The notes under the pieces: generated by a model
Seen by the model: only the letters and a program-made list of their open reading frames with translations
What the model was told of the DNA's origin: nothing
The model's database searches: none
In this document: in pieces, positions 39,701 through 52,100 of the stretch
Layout: each line of letters starts with the position of its first letter
How positions within the stretch are numbered: position 1 is the stretch's first letter
Assembly: GCA_022813865.1 (NCBI GenBank)
Contig: JALDZX010000028.1
Span: forward strand, 62,001 to 126,000
Direction of reading: 5' to 3'
DNA length: 64,000 nucleotides
Origin: Xylographa opegraphella
Lineage: Eukaryota
Position numbers and translations under genes: made by a program

Positions 39701-41692
39701 GACTCAGTCCTTAGGTACGTTGAAGCAGGAAAACAAAGCTTTAGTTAGCCAGGTTGAGAATTACGAGAATCAACTGAAGTCGTGGCGGACCCGACATAAT
39801 GCTTTGGAAGGAAGATCGAAAGAATTGCAAGCAGAAGCAAATCAAGCAGGTATCACAGCGGCCCGATTGACAGCCATGGAAGCAGAAATGGGTAGACTGC
39901 AACAGACTTATGACGAAGCTGCAGCCAATGTTAAACGGCTGCAAGAAGAGGAGAAGTCACTACGCGAGTCACTTCGAACAAGCGGCAATGATTTGGAGCA
40001 GGCTCGGGAAGTGAGTTTGGGACATGAAAACGAGAAGAAAACGTTGCGGCAGCAGCTCACAGATCTGCAAGATCAATTGGATTTGCTGAAGAGAGCGCCT
40101 CCAGTGAACGGCGAATTAACCAACGGTCACGCTCCTCCACCCCAAGTCAATGGTTTGATCAACCTGGTTTCGTCCAAGAAACCGAAGCGTCGTAGCGCTG
40201 GGAACGAGAGGCTAGAAACCGACCGCTTCAGCGGAGCCTACAACCCTCGCCCCACGTCTATGGCTATCAGTGGCTCCAACGGGTATCGACAGAATCTGCT
40301 GAGCCCTGCAGAGGACAACGTCGAATACGAGCTTATTAATCTTTTAGCCGACGAGGATGGATTGAATGACGAAATCACTCTGGGAATGATCAAGGCTCTT
40401 AAACTCCCTACTCCCTCAGGAACGCCTCCGCCTAGCGACAAAGAAGTTTTGTTCCCGTCGTATCTCATTAATCTTGTGACATCCGAGATGTGGAATAACG
40501 GATATGTCAAAGAGTCTGAGCGATTTCTTGCCAATGTTATGCAATCCATTCAGCAGGAGGTAATGAAACATGAAGGCGATGAAGCGATCATGCTGGGAGC
40601 CTTCTGGCTCTCGAATGTCCACGAGGTTCTCTCGTTTGTCTTCCTTGCGGAGGACTGGTACGAAGCTCAGAAAGATGAGAATTACGAGTATGCCCGTCTC
40701 TTGGAGATAGTAAAGCATGACTTGGAAAGTCTGGAATTCAATATCTACCATACATGGATGAAAGTCTTGAAGAAAAAGCTGCAGAAGATGATTGTTCCAG
40801 CTATAATCGAATCGCAATCGTTGCCGGGGTTTGTAACAAGTGAAAACAACCGTTTCCTTGGCAAACTCCTGCAGTCAAATTCTACACCAGCATTCAGTAT
40901 GGACAACCTTCTGAGCTTGCTGAACACCGTATTCAAGGCAATGAAGGCATACTACCTCGAGGATTCCATCATCGTGCAAGCTGTCACCGAGCTCTTGAGA
41001 CTGGTTGGCGTCACAGCTTTCAACGACTTATTAATGCGCCGTAACTTCTTGTCGTGGAAACGCGGTCTCCAAATAAACTACAACATCACCAGGATCGAAG
41101 AATGGTGCAAAAGTCACGATATGCCCGAGGGCACTTTGCAGCTCGAGCATCTCATGGTAAGTTGTCTTTCTTTGCAGGTTTAAAGTCTCGGCTAAGATTG
41201 GAGCAGCAAGCAACCAAATTACTGCAATTAAAGAAAGCGACACTGAACGACATCGAGATCATTCAAGATATCTGCTGGATGTGAGTGTATCACAGATCAT
41301 GTCTGCAAATGGAAACTAATTTCCTCACTCCAAGGTTGTCGCCCAATCAGATTCAGAAACTTTTGAATCAGTATCTTGTCGCCGATTATGAGCAGCCAAT
41401 CGATGGAGAGATCATGAAAGCTGTCGCATCGCGAGTCACAGAGAAGGGTGACGTGCTGCTTCTTACCGCTGTCGACATGGAGGACAGCGGACCGTACGAG
41501 ATTGCCGAGCCCCGGGTCATCACTGCCCTGGAAACGTATACCCCATCCTGGCTACAGACACCACGTCTCAAACGTCTGGCGGAAATCGTGTCAGCGCAAG
41601 CCACGATCCAGCAGCAGGAGACCATGGAGTTCGAGGTGCCAAGTCAGGAACTCGACGGAGAGTCCAAACTGCTTGTGCACGAGATCATTTAG
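36702..41692 (+). CDS. MYO2: Class V myosin (Myo2/MyoE), 6 exons
   Basis: DDLTNLSHLNEPA, P-loop GESGAGKT, NDNSSRFGK, LDIYGFE, IQ repeats, coiled coil, DIL cargo domain (FNDLLMRRNFLSWKRGLQINYN). Confidence 0.97.
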
Positions 41693-42846
41693 AGTCGCTA
41701 CCGTTCGGGGTAATGGAGGATTATTGGATTGAGAGAGTGCGACACACGCATCTGATGATACCCTGTCTTGATCTCCTTTTACATAGTAATCATTGTGTCA
41801 TAGATACCTTAGGGTTGGATCTGGCTCGGACTAGCATGAGGAGCTCGCGGCCCCCTTCCGGGCAGCTGCACCCACCGTTCCAGGGAGCATTCAAGGCGCA
41901 GGTCATGACGGTAACGATTATTATAATTTCATGGCGATGACACTTGACAAAGTGCGGGCGGATTGCCTGCTTATTCAGGATCATCATAGGTGTGCAATCA
42001 CCGAGCGTGTCGACGGTGCAAAAAAATTGAAGAATCATCAATACCTGAGTCATATTTTATCTGATATACAGTGGTCATTTGAGATGTCTGTTGAACTTCT
42101 GCTTCTAAGACAATTGAGGTCCTTTTTGGTCGACGCTGCTTCTCTTGGTGATTGCCTTGCAGGTACTGTCCGCTCTGCAAATTGTGTCCGCCTGACTAGC
42201 GAAAGCGTCCGTGCTAAGCTTTCTCTGTACATATAGGTTATTCGTGCGAGTGCTGATGGGAGAGCATGGCTCCATACCGACGCTGATTAGGCACTCTGAC
42301 TTCAAGCGCATTTCCGGGTGATAATATGTTGCTGATTTACGCCTGTTTAATCCGCCCATGACAACATTCCCGATGTAGGTAGTTTTATTCCAAGCTTTTA
42401 GTCTCGCAAACAAAATAACAGTTATACCGCATCACACGCATTACATGTATATGGGGCCGTTGCTCCTTCTTCCGATAGTTGCTTTACTCATCTGATAATC
42501 TGCATGCCTCTTGTTGGGGGCTGCTCCCTAACCTCCAACTTAGACATCGGAATACCCGGACCATCGCGTTCACTGCATGATAAGGTAGCTCGTTGGAACC
42601 ATGTGGTCGAACGCATGGTGGCCAAGTCGCGGGCCAATGAAACTAGAGGCTTGGCTGCTTCCACAGGCGCAGACCTGCCGTGTGCGCTTCAAGCGCCAAC
42701 AATAAGGTACGAAGTAGTGTAATGGTAGACCTTAAGCTTGTCTGGGCACTGTCGGATTTCTTAGGGAGGTGGCGCTTTTGCGAGAAGCACGATGTTTGTG
42801 GAGGATGAAAAGTCTGCGTTCTCCTGCTTGATTTGTGCTTGAACAA

Positions 42847-44367
42847 ATGATGCAGTCCGGTGCACTTCGCTTCAGGACGGTCATCTTCTTCCTCACCCTA
42901 ATTTGTGTCTCGGCTTCTCTCTATTCCGCATTCTTCTACCGGCGCGACCGCAGGATCACTGCCCATGCACCTGTCAGCGTGGACACAACCCTGAACGTCG
43001 ACACGACTCCTAACGTGGATGCAGTTGTCGACGTGGACACGAGCGTTAGCTTTGGCCAGAACGTTCCCCAGGATTGGGAGTGGATCACTGGCCACAATCT
43101 GACATACCCATTGAGGTACAGCTCGCGTGCGATTTCCACTCGAAAAGTTCCCGGTCTTCGCCGGGCTGCCCTGACTAAAATTGAAGCGCCTCTGTTCGAA
43201 GACTTTCATACAGTCGAGTCCGATTTAGATGTGAAAGTCGGCTTGACCCGAGTGCTTGAACTCGAGGTCCCAGCTTCCAAAGGATCGGTCCAGGCATCTC
43301 ATCTGATCTTCGGCATTCAGACGACAATCAAGCGTCTTGAAGATTCCGTTCCTCAGCTTGCACGATGGATTGCAAATACGGGTGCGAAGTTGTACGTTGT
43401 GCTTCTGGAGGCCGAAGGTGTTGCGGTCAATACCGAACAACTTGTTGGCTTGGAGACAAGAATGCGCAGTCAAGGATTCGATGTGACGCTTTTCCCGGCC
43501 CATGAGGAGGATACTTTCCCACAGCGCTACTTCTCGCTGGTCAATATTATGTATCAGCATCGTACGCCCCTCACGCAGTGGGTCAGCCTCATTGACGACG
43601 ACACCTTCTTTCCGTCAATGCATGCTCTGCTTGCCATGTTGGACAAGCACGATTCTGGGGAACAACACTATATTGGGTCTTTATCGGAAGATTGGTGGGC
43701 GGTACAAACTTATGGCTTCATGGGATTCGGCGGTGCTGGCGTGTTCTTGTCTCTCCCGCTAGCCGAAGTCATCGATGCTCACACAGATGTGTGCAAGAAC
43801 AATCTCCGCTCAAGTGCTGGAGACATCACAGTCATGGATTGCATTTATACCCATACACCGACGAAGTTGACACCGGTACCAGACCTGCACCAGGCGGACA
43901 TGCACGGCGACTTATCTGGCTTCTACGAAAGCGGACGTCATCACTTGTCACTACACCATTGGAAGGAAGGCAGTGTGTTTGGGAAAGGCCTACCGATGGC
44001 AGATATGCACCTTGTTTCAGACATATGCGGAGAGTGTTTCTTACAAAGGTGGCAGTTTGGCAACGACATGCTTCTAACAAACGCTTTCTCCGTCACGACC
44101 TATCCGAAGGGGCACCTCAAAACTGGTGATCCGAACGAAGTTAATATGGACAAGCTGGAAGAAACTTGGAACAGCAACATGAATATGCGGCACTCTCTTG
44201 GGCCGACCAGATCGAGGCTTTTACTGGAGGTAGAAAAAATTCAGTACTCTTTTTTGAATGCAACGATTTGCAATACCGGAGTGCGGCAATTATATTTCCA
44301 TAAAGGCGTCGATGGAGATATCGACACGCTGCTAGAGCTAGTTTGGCAAGAAGCAGGTCCAGAGTGA
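42847..44367 (+). CDS. Fringe-like glycosyltransferase (GT31/DUF604 type), type II membrane protein, intronless
   Basis: N-terminal TM, HLIFGIQTT..RL, WVSLIDDDTFFP (DxD), YIGSLSED, GFGGAGVFLS, LSLHHWK, FLQRWQF. Confidence 0.85.
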   Translation: MMQSGALRFRTVIFFLTLICVSASLYSAFFYRRDRRITAHAPVSVDTTLNVDTTPNVDAVVDVDTSVSFGQNVPQDWEWITGHNLTYPLRYSSRAISTRKVPGLRRAALTKIEAPLFEDFHTVESDLDVKVGLTRVLELEVPASKGSVQASHLIFGIQTTIKRLEDSVPQLARWIANTGAKLYVVLLEAEGVAVNTEQLVGLETRMRSQGFDVTLFPAHEEDTFPQRYFSLVNIMYQHRTPLTQWVSLIDDDTFFPSMHALLAMLDKHDSGEQHYIGSLSEDWWAVQTYGFMGFGGAGVFLSLPLAEVIDAHTDVCKNNLRSSAGDITVMDCIYTHTPTKLTPVPDLHQADMHGDLSGFYESGRHHLSLHHWKEGSVFGKGLPMADMHLVSDICGECFLQRWQFGNDMLLTNAFSVTTYPKGHLKTGDPNEVNMDKLEETWNSNMNMRHSLGPTRSRLLLEVEKIQYSFLNATICNTGVRQLYFHKGVDGDIDTLLELVWQEAGPE

Positions 44368-45563
44368 GAAATCATAGCTCTGACTTCAGCCGCGGGAAAC
44401 TCACAGATATGGCCTTTCGAAATATTTCCAAGCGCGGTTCCAACCGATAAACCTCGAACAGCAGACCTCGAAGTAATGCCCAGTGGGAAAGTAAAAATGA
44501 AAGCTTAGAGATTATGATAAGAACGCTTCAGGCCTTGCAGGTACAGGCCACTGTGGACGATAATCTACTGGCATATATTACTTGATAATACATGGTAAGC
44601 TATGGTAACCTTGTCGTGGGATTGATGGAAAGAGCGTTCATAACACTTGGAGCTTTAGGTCCAAGGCATAGATTGGGGTTGAGCAAGCTATCGATGATAC
44701 CTTCATATAACGGAGCGATCACGCACATTATCTGAAAGGCCTGTATGTGTTCATCTATCTCAAGGGCCTGGTTCCTGCTCTCCGACGTTCGGGTCTTCCG
44801 GTATGGGTAGGGCCAACGATGGCTACTATTGCTATATTTTATACTGGAAAGCCCACTGCGGAGATATGCGGATGAATAAAGTCCTCAATCACTGGAATGA
44901 TACGCATATTATAAGCAGAGACTGGAGGTTCGGCTGAGAATGATTATTCTTGGCAAGGAATTCTGAGGGAATGGCAGGTGAGAGAGCGTCCGAAGGGAAA
45001 GGACAATGTATAATTCAATGATGCTTTGGATAAGTTGATCAATTATCTGGAAGTAATCGAGTAGAAGCAATATTGATATTTATTGAGCTACTATCCTGAG
45101 CCAGTGTATAAGGTACCATGGCGCATTAAGATAGAAAAGTTGCTCCATAGATTTATCAAAGTCCAATATAAATTACAAGTATCTGGAAAATAGTTTGTCT
45201 CTCCTTACGGAGTACAGCGTTCACGGGCCACGCCATTGGGTCGGGGACTGGACTGGCTCAGGCCAATCGGGGGCTGGCCCCCGCCGCCTCAGTACCAAGG
45301 GTGGCTAAGGTATGGAGTAAGGGTGTTTGTATATAATAAGACTTTTGGATAGATTGACTCCCGCAACGTATCTACCACAGTAGACGAACTTCGGTTTGAG
45401 CTCCAATAACTTTACGAATACGACTTCTAGCCTGTCGCCAATACTGAAGGCAGTTATTGGATTCGAAGTAGTGTTCTCGCTTGCTCAGATGATCTCCTTC
45501 ACGCGCTGGGCGTTCAAAGGAGCCCAATAATCGCCCTCATTTTCTCTACTATTGTCGAGTACA

Positions 45564-47875
45564 ATGGCTACAACCATCATGGACACGGCGATTGGGCTTC
45601 TGAGTAAGAGACCAGCATCGCCCCACAACGATATTCCAGGGAAAAATGCTGACGTTTCTGTCTAGAGCGTGCCGCCGAAGATGCCAATCCGGATGATAGT
45701 GTGTTTCTCCAAGCAGAGCAACCTGCAACCGCTGACTTGAGTCGATAGCTCCGAAAGCAGGGGAGAAGGAGACATCTTCGGCCTTCGCACTGTTCATCCT
45801 GATTATGCTCTTGATAGTGGCCTTGTTCACAAGTTATATGCTACAACAGAAGAAAATACAGGCAGTGCATGAGACGGTACTATCAATATTTGCAGGTGCG
45901 TGCCTTAGATATTAAGCTGATAGGTTGGTGCTAATGCTTTAATGTCTCAGGCATGATAGTTGGTCTTGCCCTGCGACTCACTTCCAGCACCTTCATCCAG
46001 AGCGTCGTCAGCTTCGATTACCAGTTCTTCTTCAACCTGCTCCTTCCTCCGATCATATTAGCCTCTGGTTACGAGTTACACCAAGTATGCACTGGAACTA
46101 TGGTATCGATATGAATGGCAGCTAAATGGATCACAGGCCAACTTTTTCCGCAACATCGGCAGCATCTTGACATTCGCGTTTGCGGGTACCTTCATTTCTG
46201 CGATAGTACTCGGCGTCATACTTTGGTTGTGGACCAGGATTCCGTTGGACGGATTCAGTATATCTTTCGTGGAGGCCTTTTCCGTTGGCGCAACTCTTTC
46301 GGCTACTGATCCAGTGACGATTCTTGCTATTTTCAACGCTTACAAGGTTGACCCGAAGCTCTACACGGTCATATTTGGAGAATCCATCTTGAACGATGCC
46401 ATCGCGATTGTCCTGTTTGAAACGGCGCAGAAATACGTCTATAACCCTGAAGACGGTGTCCCTGCGAAAACATTGACGTTCGTGAGTCTGCTTGAGGCTA
46501 TCGGTATTTTCTTGCTGGTTTTCTTCGGAAGTCTCCTTATTGGCGTTGCGGTTGGTATCTTGACCACCCTTGGCCTCAAGTTTACCCACGTGCGCAAGTT
46601 CCCTAAGATCGAAAGTTGTCTGATCATTCTCATTGCTTATGCAAGCTACTTCTTTGCAGCTGGTGTTGGCATGTCTGGTACATTTAACCAAATCCCGACG
46701 AATGACTCAATCCGCATTGCTAATGATCAATAGGTATCGTCGCACTTTTGTTTTGCGGCATCACTCTAAAACATTACGCATACTACAACATGTCAAGGCG
46801 CACACAGCTGACCACTAAATATATATTCCAAGTTCTTGCCCAACTGACCGAGAATTTTATCTTCATTTACTTGGGCCTTACCATTTTCACAGATACCAAG
46901 CTTGTTTTCAAGCCTTTGTTCATACTCATCACAGTATTTGGCATATGCGTGGCGAGATACGCAGCAGTCTTTCCATTATCGAAGCTCATCAACTGGACGA
47001 TTCGATTTCGAGCCAAGCGGCGGGGCAAGGATGTTGCGGACGAGCTTCCCCATTCGTATCAGGTCATGCTTTTCTGGGCCGGTCTGCGTGGAGCTGTCGG
47101 AGTCGCGCTTGCAGCAGGCTTGAACGGCAACGCGGACAATGTCAAGGCCTTGCAAGCCACGGTCTTGGTGGTTGTCGTCCTTACAGTGATTATCTTTGGT
47201 GGAACAACCGCACGGATGCTGGAAATCATGGGGATCAAGACTGGAGTGGTGGACGAGGTCGACTCGGATGACGAGTTCGACATCGAGACCGTCACCAATG
47301 GCACATACTACAAGCGCAGTGGGACGGCCTTCGGACATACACCTACCCGACGCGACTTCACCGTCCCGCTCGACAAGGTCGCCGTTGGCGCGAATGGTAA
47401 CACTAACGGCAGGGTATGGGAGGACAGCTACAGCAGTGGCAGCCACAGCCAAAGCCCGCCGGTCCGGCCGACGTCAGCGACGCTCCGCAGTAATTCCGTC
47501 AGCCAGAGGCAGCATGAGGCGGCAGAGCAAGCGTTGATCGGCCTCGAGAACGCTTCACCCAGCGACGAAGAGTTCTCCGACGCCGACCTACCGCCGGCAG
47601 CTCCACGACGGTCGCCCAAGCGACGACATTCGCCACCGACGGGAGGGAACGGTGGGCGGGTATCATCGCGGGCACCGTATCCGACGTCGGGAACGACGGA
47701 TGGCACGGCGCCCGGGGACCATCACATCACGGCGACGGGAGTGATCCGGGAGATCTTCACCGGCACGTCGGACGACCACGCAGCGCTGTTCACGCGACTG
47801 GACGACCTCGTCATCAAGCCCACCTTGCTGCTGGACCAGAGCAGCAAGGGCGGCGGCGGTGGGCACGGCGGGTGA
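45564..47875 (+). CDS. NHX1: Endosomal/vacuolar Na+(K+)/H+ exchanger Nhx1 (6 exons)
   Basis: FFNLLLPPIIL, SATDPV, FGESILNDAIAIV, FWAGLRGAVGVALA. Short 5' exons at 45564-45603 and 45666-45698. Confidence 0.93.
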
Positions 47876-49168
47876 GCGTTGGGCGAGGGAATGGAAGCCG
47901 CATTTGGCCTGTATATGATTACCACAGGGACGATGGGATTGCATGGCAGCGGCGTTGTGCCGGGAACCGAAAAACCTGACCAGGCGCATTTGGGCCATGA
48001 CATGCAGGGGTGAAGTGGCATCGTCGCCGCCCCAAGGCATCACATTTTGGGGGATTTTGTGTAAACTGTTATAGATCTTATTGTCATCGAACCGATATGT
48101 AGCATCAAGTCAACGCGAAAATAGTCCTTGTCGCAGTAAGGTAGTCTGCTCATGGCCCCCGAGTCGAATCGGAACTGTGTCTGAGAGCGACAGGCGGATG
48201 TGCCGAAGCGAGCAGGGTGACGAATGCACTCGGATCCCATGAACAGACATGGCTCTTTGTGTTGTGGTTGGCTCATCTTGGCTGAAGCTGATCTTCGCAT
48301 GACAAGGAAGGACGGACGGCCGGAAGCGGACTAGGGCCAAGCGCCAAGCGGGGCCGGGCTTGGAACAATCGATAACGAGGCTAAAGAGGAAAGAGTTTAA
48401 CAGTAAAGAGGTCCAACGCCAGAATTAATTAATGATTGCGCCGCCGGCTGGCTGACGAAGGAGACGCCGTCAGAGAGGCAAATCATGACGGAGGGCCACG
48501 AGATGAATCCGAGCAGCAGATATACAGAAAAAAGCACATGCATGTCAATCAATGTAATCGTAGATAACTTTCAATCGAATCTGTAGCCCGATTTGGTGTG
48601 CAGTACCTCTATGTCCGCCCGAAAGCGCGTGAGGTTTCCCACCTTATTGTTCTGAGGTGTCGTGCACCTCGCAAAATTGCTCCTCGCATCCAGAGGCCAT
48701 GTTCCCAAAACGCAAAACGAACGGGGGGAATGCTCTAAGAATCCCCCGATCAGGCCCATCGTCAAGCTGTCATCTCCCACCCCATCGCCGACCGTCCCTC
48801 TTGTTCACATCCGCCTTTCAACAACATTGCAATATCATCACCTTTCACGACTCTACCCGTCCTATTCACTCCTTTCCACCACGCTCGATCCCGCGACCCG
48901 CCCCGACCCATCACGCGCGTAGCGTTCTCCCAATAAAGGCCACAACGGGTGCGCCCATGAAAACTTCCCACCATGACCACGTCCTTCTCATAGCATAATC
49001 ATCCCAGCATTCCTGGCTTCCATCCTCACCCACTCCGCCGTGCGCTGCCACTATCCCTGTCAGGTCAAGGTCCGTCAGCATTCTTCAACAAAGGAGCGCA
49101 AGTCATTCATGCTACACCCGTTTGGTACCACCATAGATCCGTGAAGTGGAGATGCTGGCAGCATTTCC

Positions 49169-52100
49169 ATGGTCATGATGTATCAGAGTCCAGTCATACA
49201 GAGATCGCCTACCGAGGAGGACGATCGGTTGCGGAGGAACAGCATGGCGGGCCCTGGCGTTCAGCAAATCCCTCCGTACGCTTCGAGGTCCCCAACGCAG
49301 ACTCACTTTCGTGCTTATTCACCGGCAAATGGGAACCATCACCCGTCCGCTTACACTTCCTATTCATCCCGTCCCTCCAGCTCGGCGACGATGCAGATGC
49401 CTCCCACCATCAATCAGAGTCCTCGCCTCGGTCCACCACCGTCGCCAACGAACGGCGTATCGCATCTCAATAGGTCCGCGTATGCGACCAGAGAGCCAGG
49501 TAGCTCGACGTATTATGATCCTACGTCGGAGCATCGCGAAGGGTCCATTAGCTGGAATCAGTCATCCTACCCATCACGGTCCCCTGTGCAGGCAAGTCGA
49601 ATCCTTTCAAATACCGTGGATAGAGGCTGACATTGTGGCTTCATAGAGGCGAGATTCGGTATCGTACTTCGACCAGAACGTAGAAGGCAAGCAAACTCGG
49701 AGCTCACATCAGTCACCCACGTCGGCCCGGTTTCCCGTACAATCGCCAACCTTCTCAAATCATCACGGTCATCCCGCCAGCCGGCACAACTCCATTTCAC
49801 AGTCACCGGTCCACAAGACTGCGACTTCCCCACACGCTCAACACAGCTCGTCAAGCTATCATCAGGCTGTCAGCAGTATATCAGATAGAACATCAGCACT
49901 TGAAGCGACCATGCCGACGTGTCAACCGCCGAGAAATGTCGAGACAGCAAAACGTCTGCGGGCTGACCCGATGTCTTTCTCAAGCATATTATCAAGCACG
50001 ACTGTGGATCCCCCCAAGACGGCCATCAAGCCAGAACCAGCCATGAAGCCTTCCCGCAGATCTTCGAAAACTCCCAACGGCGATGCTGCTCCAATGCCAG
50101 TCAGCTTATCCACAGCTGCGGTGACACCAACGATGACCGTCACGCGAAAGTCCTCAAACAAGTCCCCCGCACCTCACCAGGAGGACTCCCATTCTCGAGA
50201 CCGCACAACGGAACAATGGAAAAACAAGACTCCCAAAAGTTTCGTGCTGGCAAAGGTCGTGCCCAATACGTCCGACAAAGAGAATGAAAGTGTTCAACAG
50301 GCGTTGGCCGAGATCAACGCGATGGACCTCAGTGATTTGGAAGCACCCGGCTGGGCCGATGAACGAGAGCGTTACCGGCAACTGAATCAGAAGCGTCAGA
50401 GCGCTGTTGTGGAAAGCGAAGCTAGCAAACGTAAGGTACGTTTACACGCAAGGATTGATCCCCGCAAGCTGCGAAATTGCACCTTCTACGCAATATTTCT
50501 TTCTAACACGTCGCAGCGTCGTCGAACCACCACCGCGACAAGACTCTCCCTGCAGATGGGCGTGCATGTGAAGCGGGGAAAAGAGGAGTTCAATAAATTA
50601 CACGAGGACGACGCCAGTGCAGAGGTCCAACAGAAAGAAATCATGGACGAAAAGGAACGGAAGAAAGACATGCAACGTAAGCGTCGACGTGAGAAAACCA
50701 TCCAGAACGAGACGCAGAAACAGCGAGAGGCAATCGAACGTGCCAAGGTTGCAACCGACAATGCCGAACGCGAGAAGCTGTTGAAGGAGGCTCAAAAGGC
50801 TGAGAAGAAAGTCAAGAGTACGAAGCGCAATCTTGACACGGGTGACATCGCCGAAAGCATTCGAGAGGTTACCCCATTGGCGTTGAATCTTGAGGGTGGA
50901 ACCATGAGTACATTCCAAACAACCACTCATATGTCCCCAGAACCGCCCCGGAAGCGCGCAAAGGGGCCGACGATACGTCCCAAGAAGTCCAAGGAAAAGA
51001 AACAAGCCGAAATTCATGCGGCGGAAGCTGCGTATGCAGAGATGGAAAAGGGTGATCCAGTGCTCATTGCTCCCAAAGAAGAGAGTCGTCGGGAGACTTT
51101 GATGAGGGAAACCAAGGAAGCAAAGATTCAAAAGGATGCGTCGCCTGCACCTGTTCTGACAAATTACGCTTCGAAAGGATACCAGCAAATCTACGACCAG
51201 ATATGGAAGGATATGGCCCGTAAGGATGTCCCAAAGGTCTATCGGATTAAAGAAAACTCGCTTGCAACCAAACAGTCCAACATGCGAAAAACGGCTCAGC
51301 TCGCAGCCAAAGAAGCACGTCGCTGGCAGCTGCGTACCAACAAAAGCACGAAGGATGTGCAAGCACGGGCAAAGAGGAGCATGCGGGAGATGATGGGTTT
51401 CTGGAAGCGCAATGAGAGAGAGGAGCGAGACCTGCGTCGCGTCGCTGAAAAGCAAGAGCTTGACAATGCAAAGAAGGCTGAAGCTGACCGCGAAGCCAAC
51501 CGGCAGAAGCGAAAGCTCAACTTCTTGATCTCTCAGACGGAATTGTACTCGCATTTCATTGGTCGCAAAATCAAGACTGATGATATAGAGCGGTCCACTG
51601 ACAGTGCCGACGTTGCAGTCTCCGAGCAGACTGTGGCGCAGGGGAAAACGGATGCCCACGAAATTTCTCTTCCTGAGAGTCTTGGACAAATTGGTACCAA
51701 GGTTACGAATTTTGAAGACCTTGATTTTGACGCCGACGACGAGACTGTACTACGACAAGCAGCAATGGCGAACGCTCAGAATGCTGTTCAAGAGGCGCAA
51801 GACCGAGCACGTGCATTTAACGGCGAGGAGAACCAGTTGCAAGCTCAATTTGACGAGGGCGAGATGAACTTCCAAAATCCGACAAGCCTAGGGGACGTTG
51901 ATGTCAAGCAGCCGGAAATGCTGATGGCGCAGCTAAAGGAGTATCAACTCAAAGGTCTTAATTGGCTTGTCAACCTTTACGAACAAGGCATCAATGGGAT
52001 TCTTGCAGACGAGATGGGTTTGGGCAAAACAGTGCAGTCGATCTCTGTCATGGCCTATCTTGCCGAGAAGCACAATATCTGGGGTCCTTTCCTAGTCATA

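Noticed and set aside
44520..45500. Transposon relic or hidden gene in the AT-richer GT31-NHX1 spacer
   Set aside because: No ORF, terminal repeats or recognisable transposase/RT remnants seen by eye.
50598..51689. 363-aa antisense ORF within INO80
   Set aside because: Shadow of the Lys/Glu-rich sense frame with no recognisable domain.
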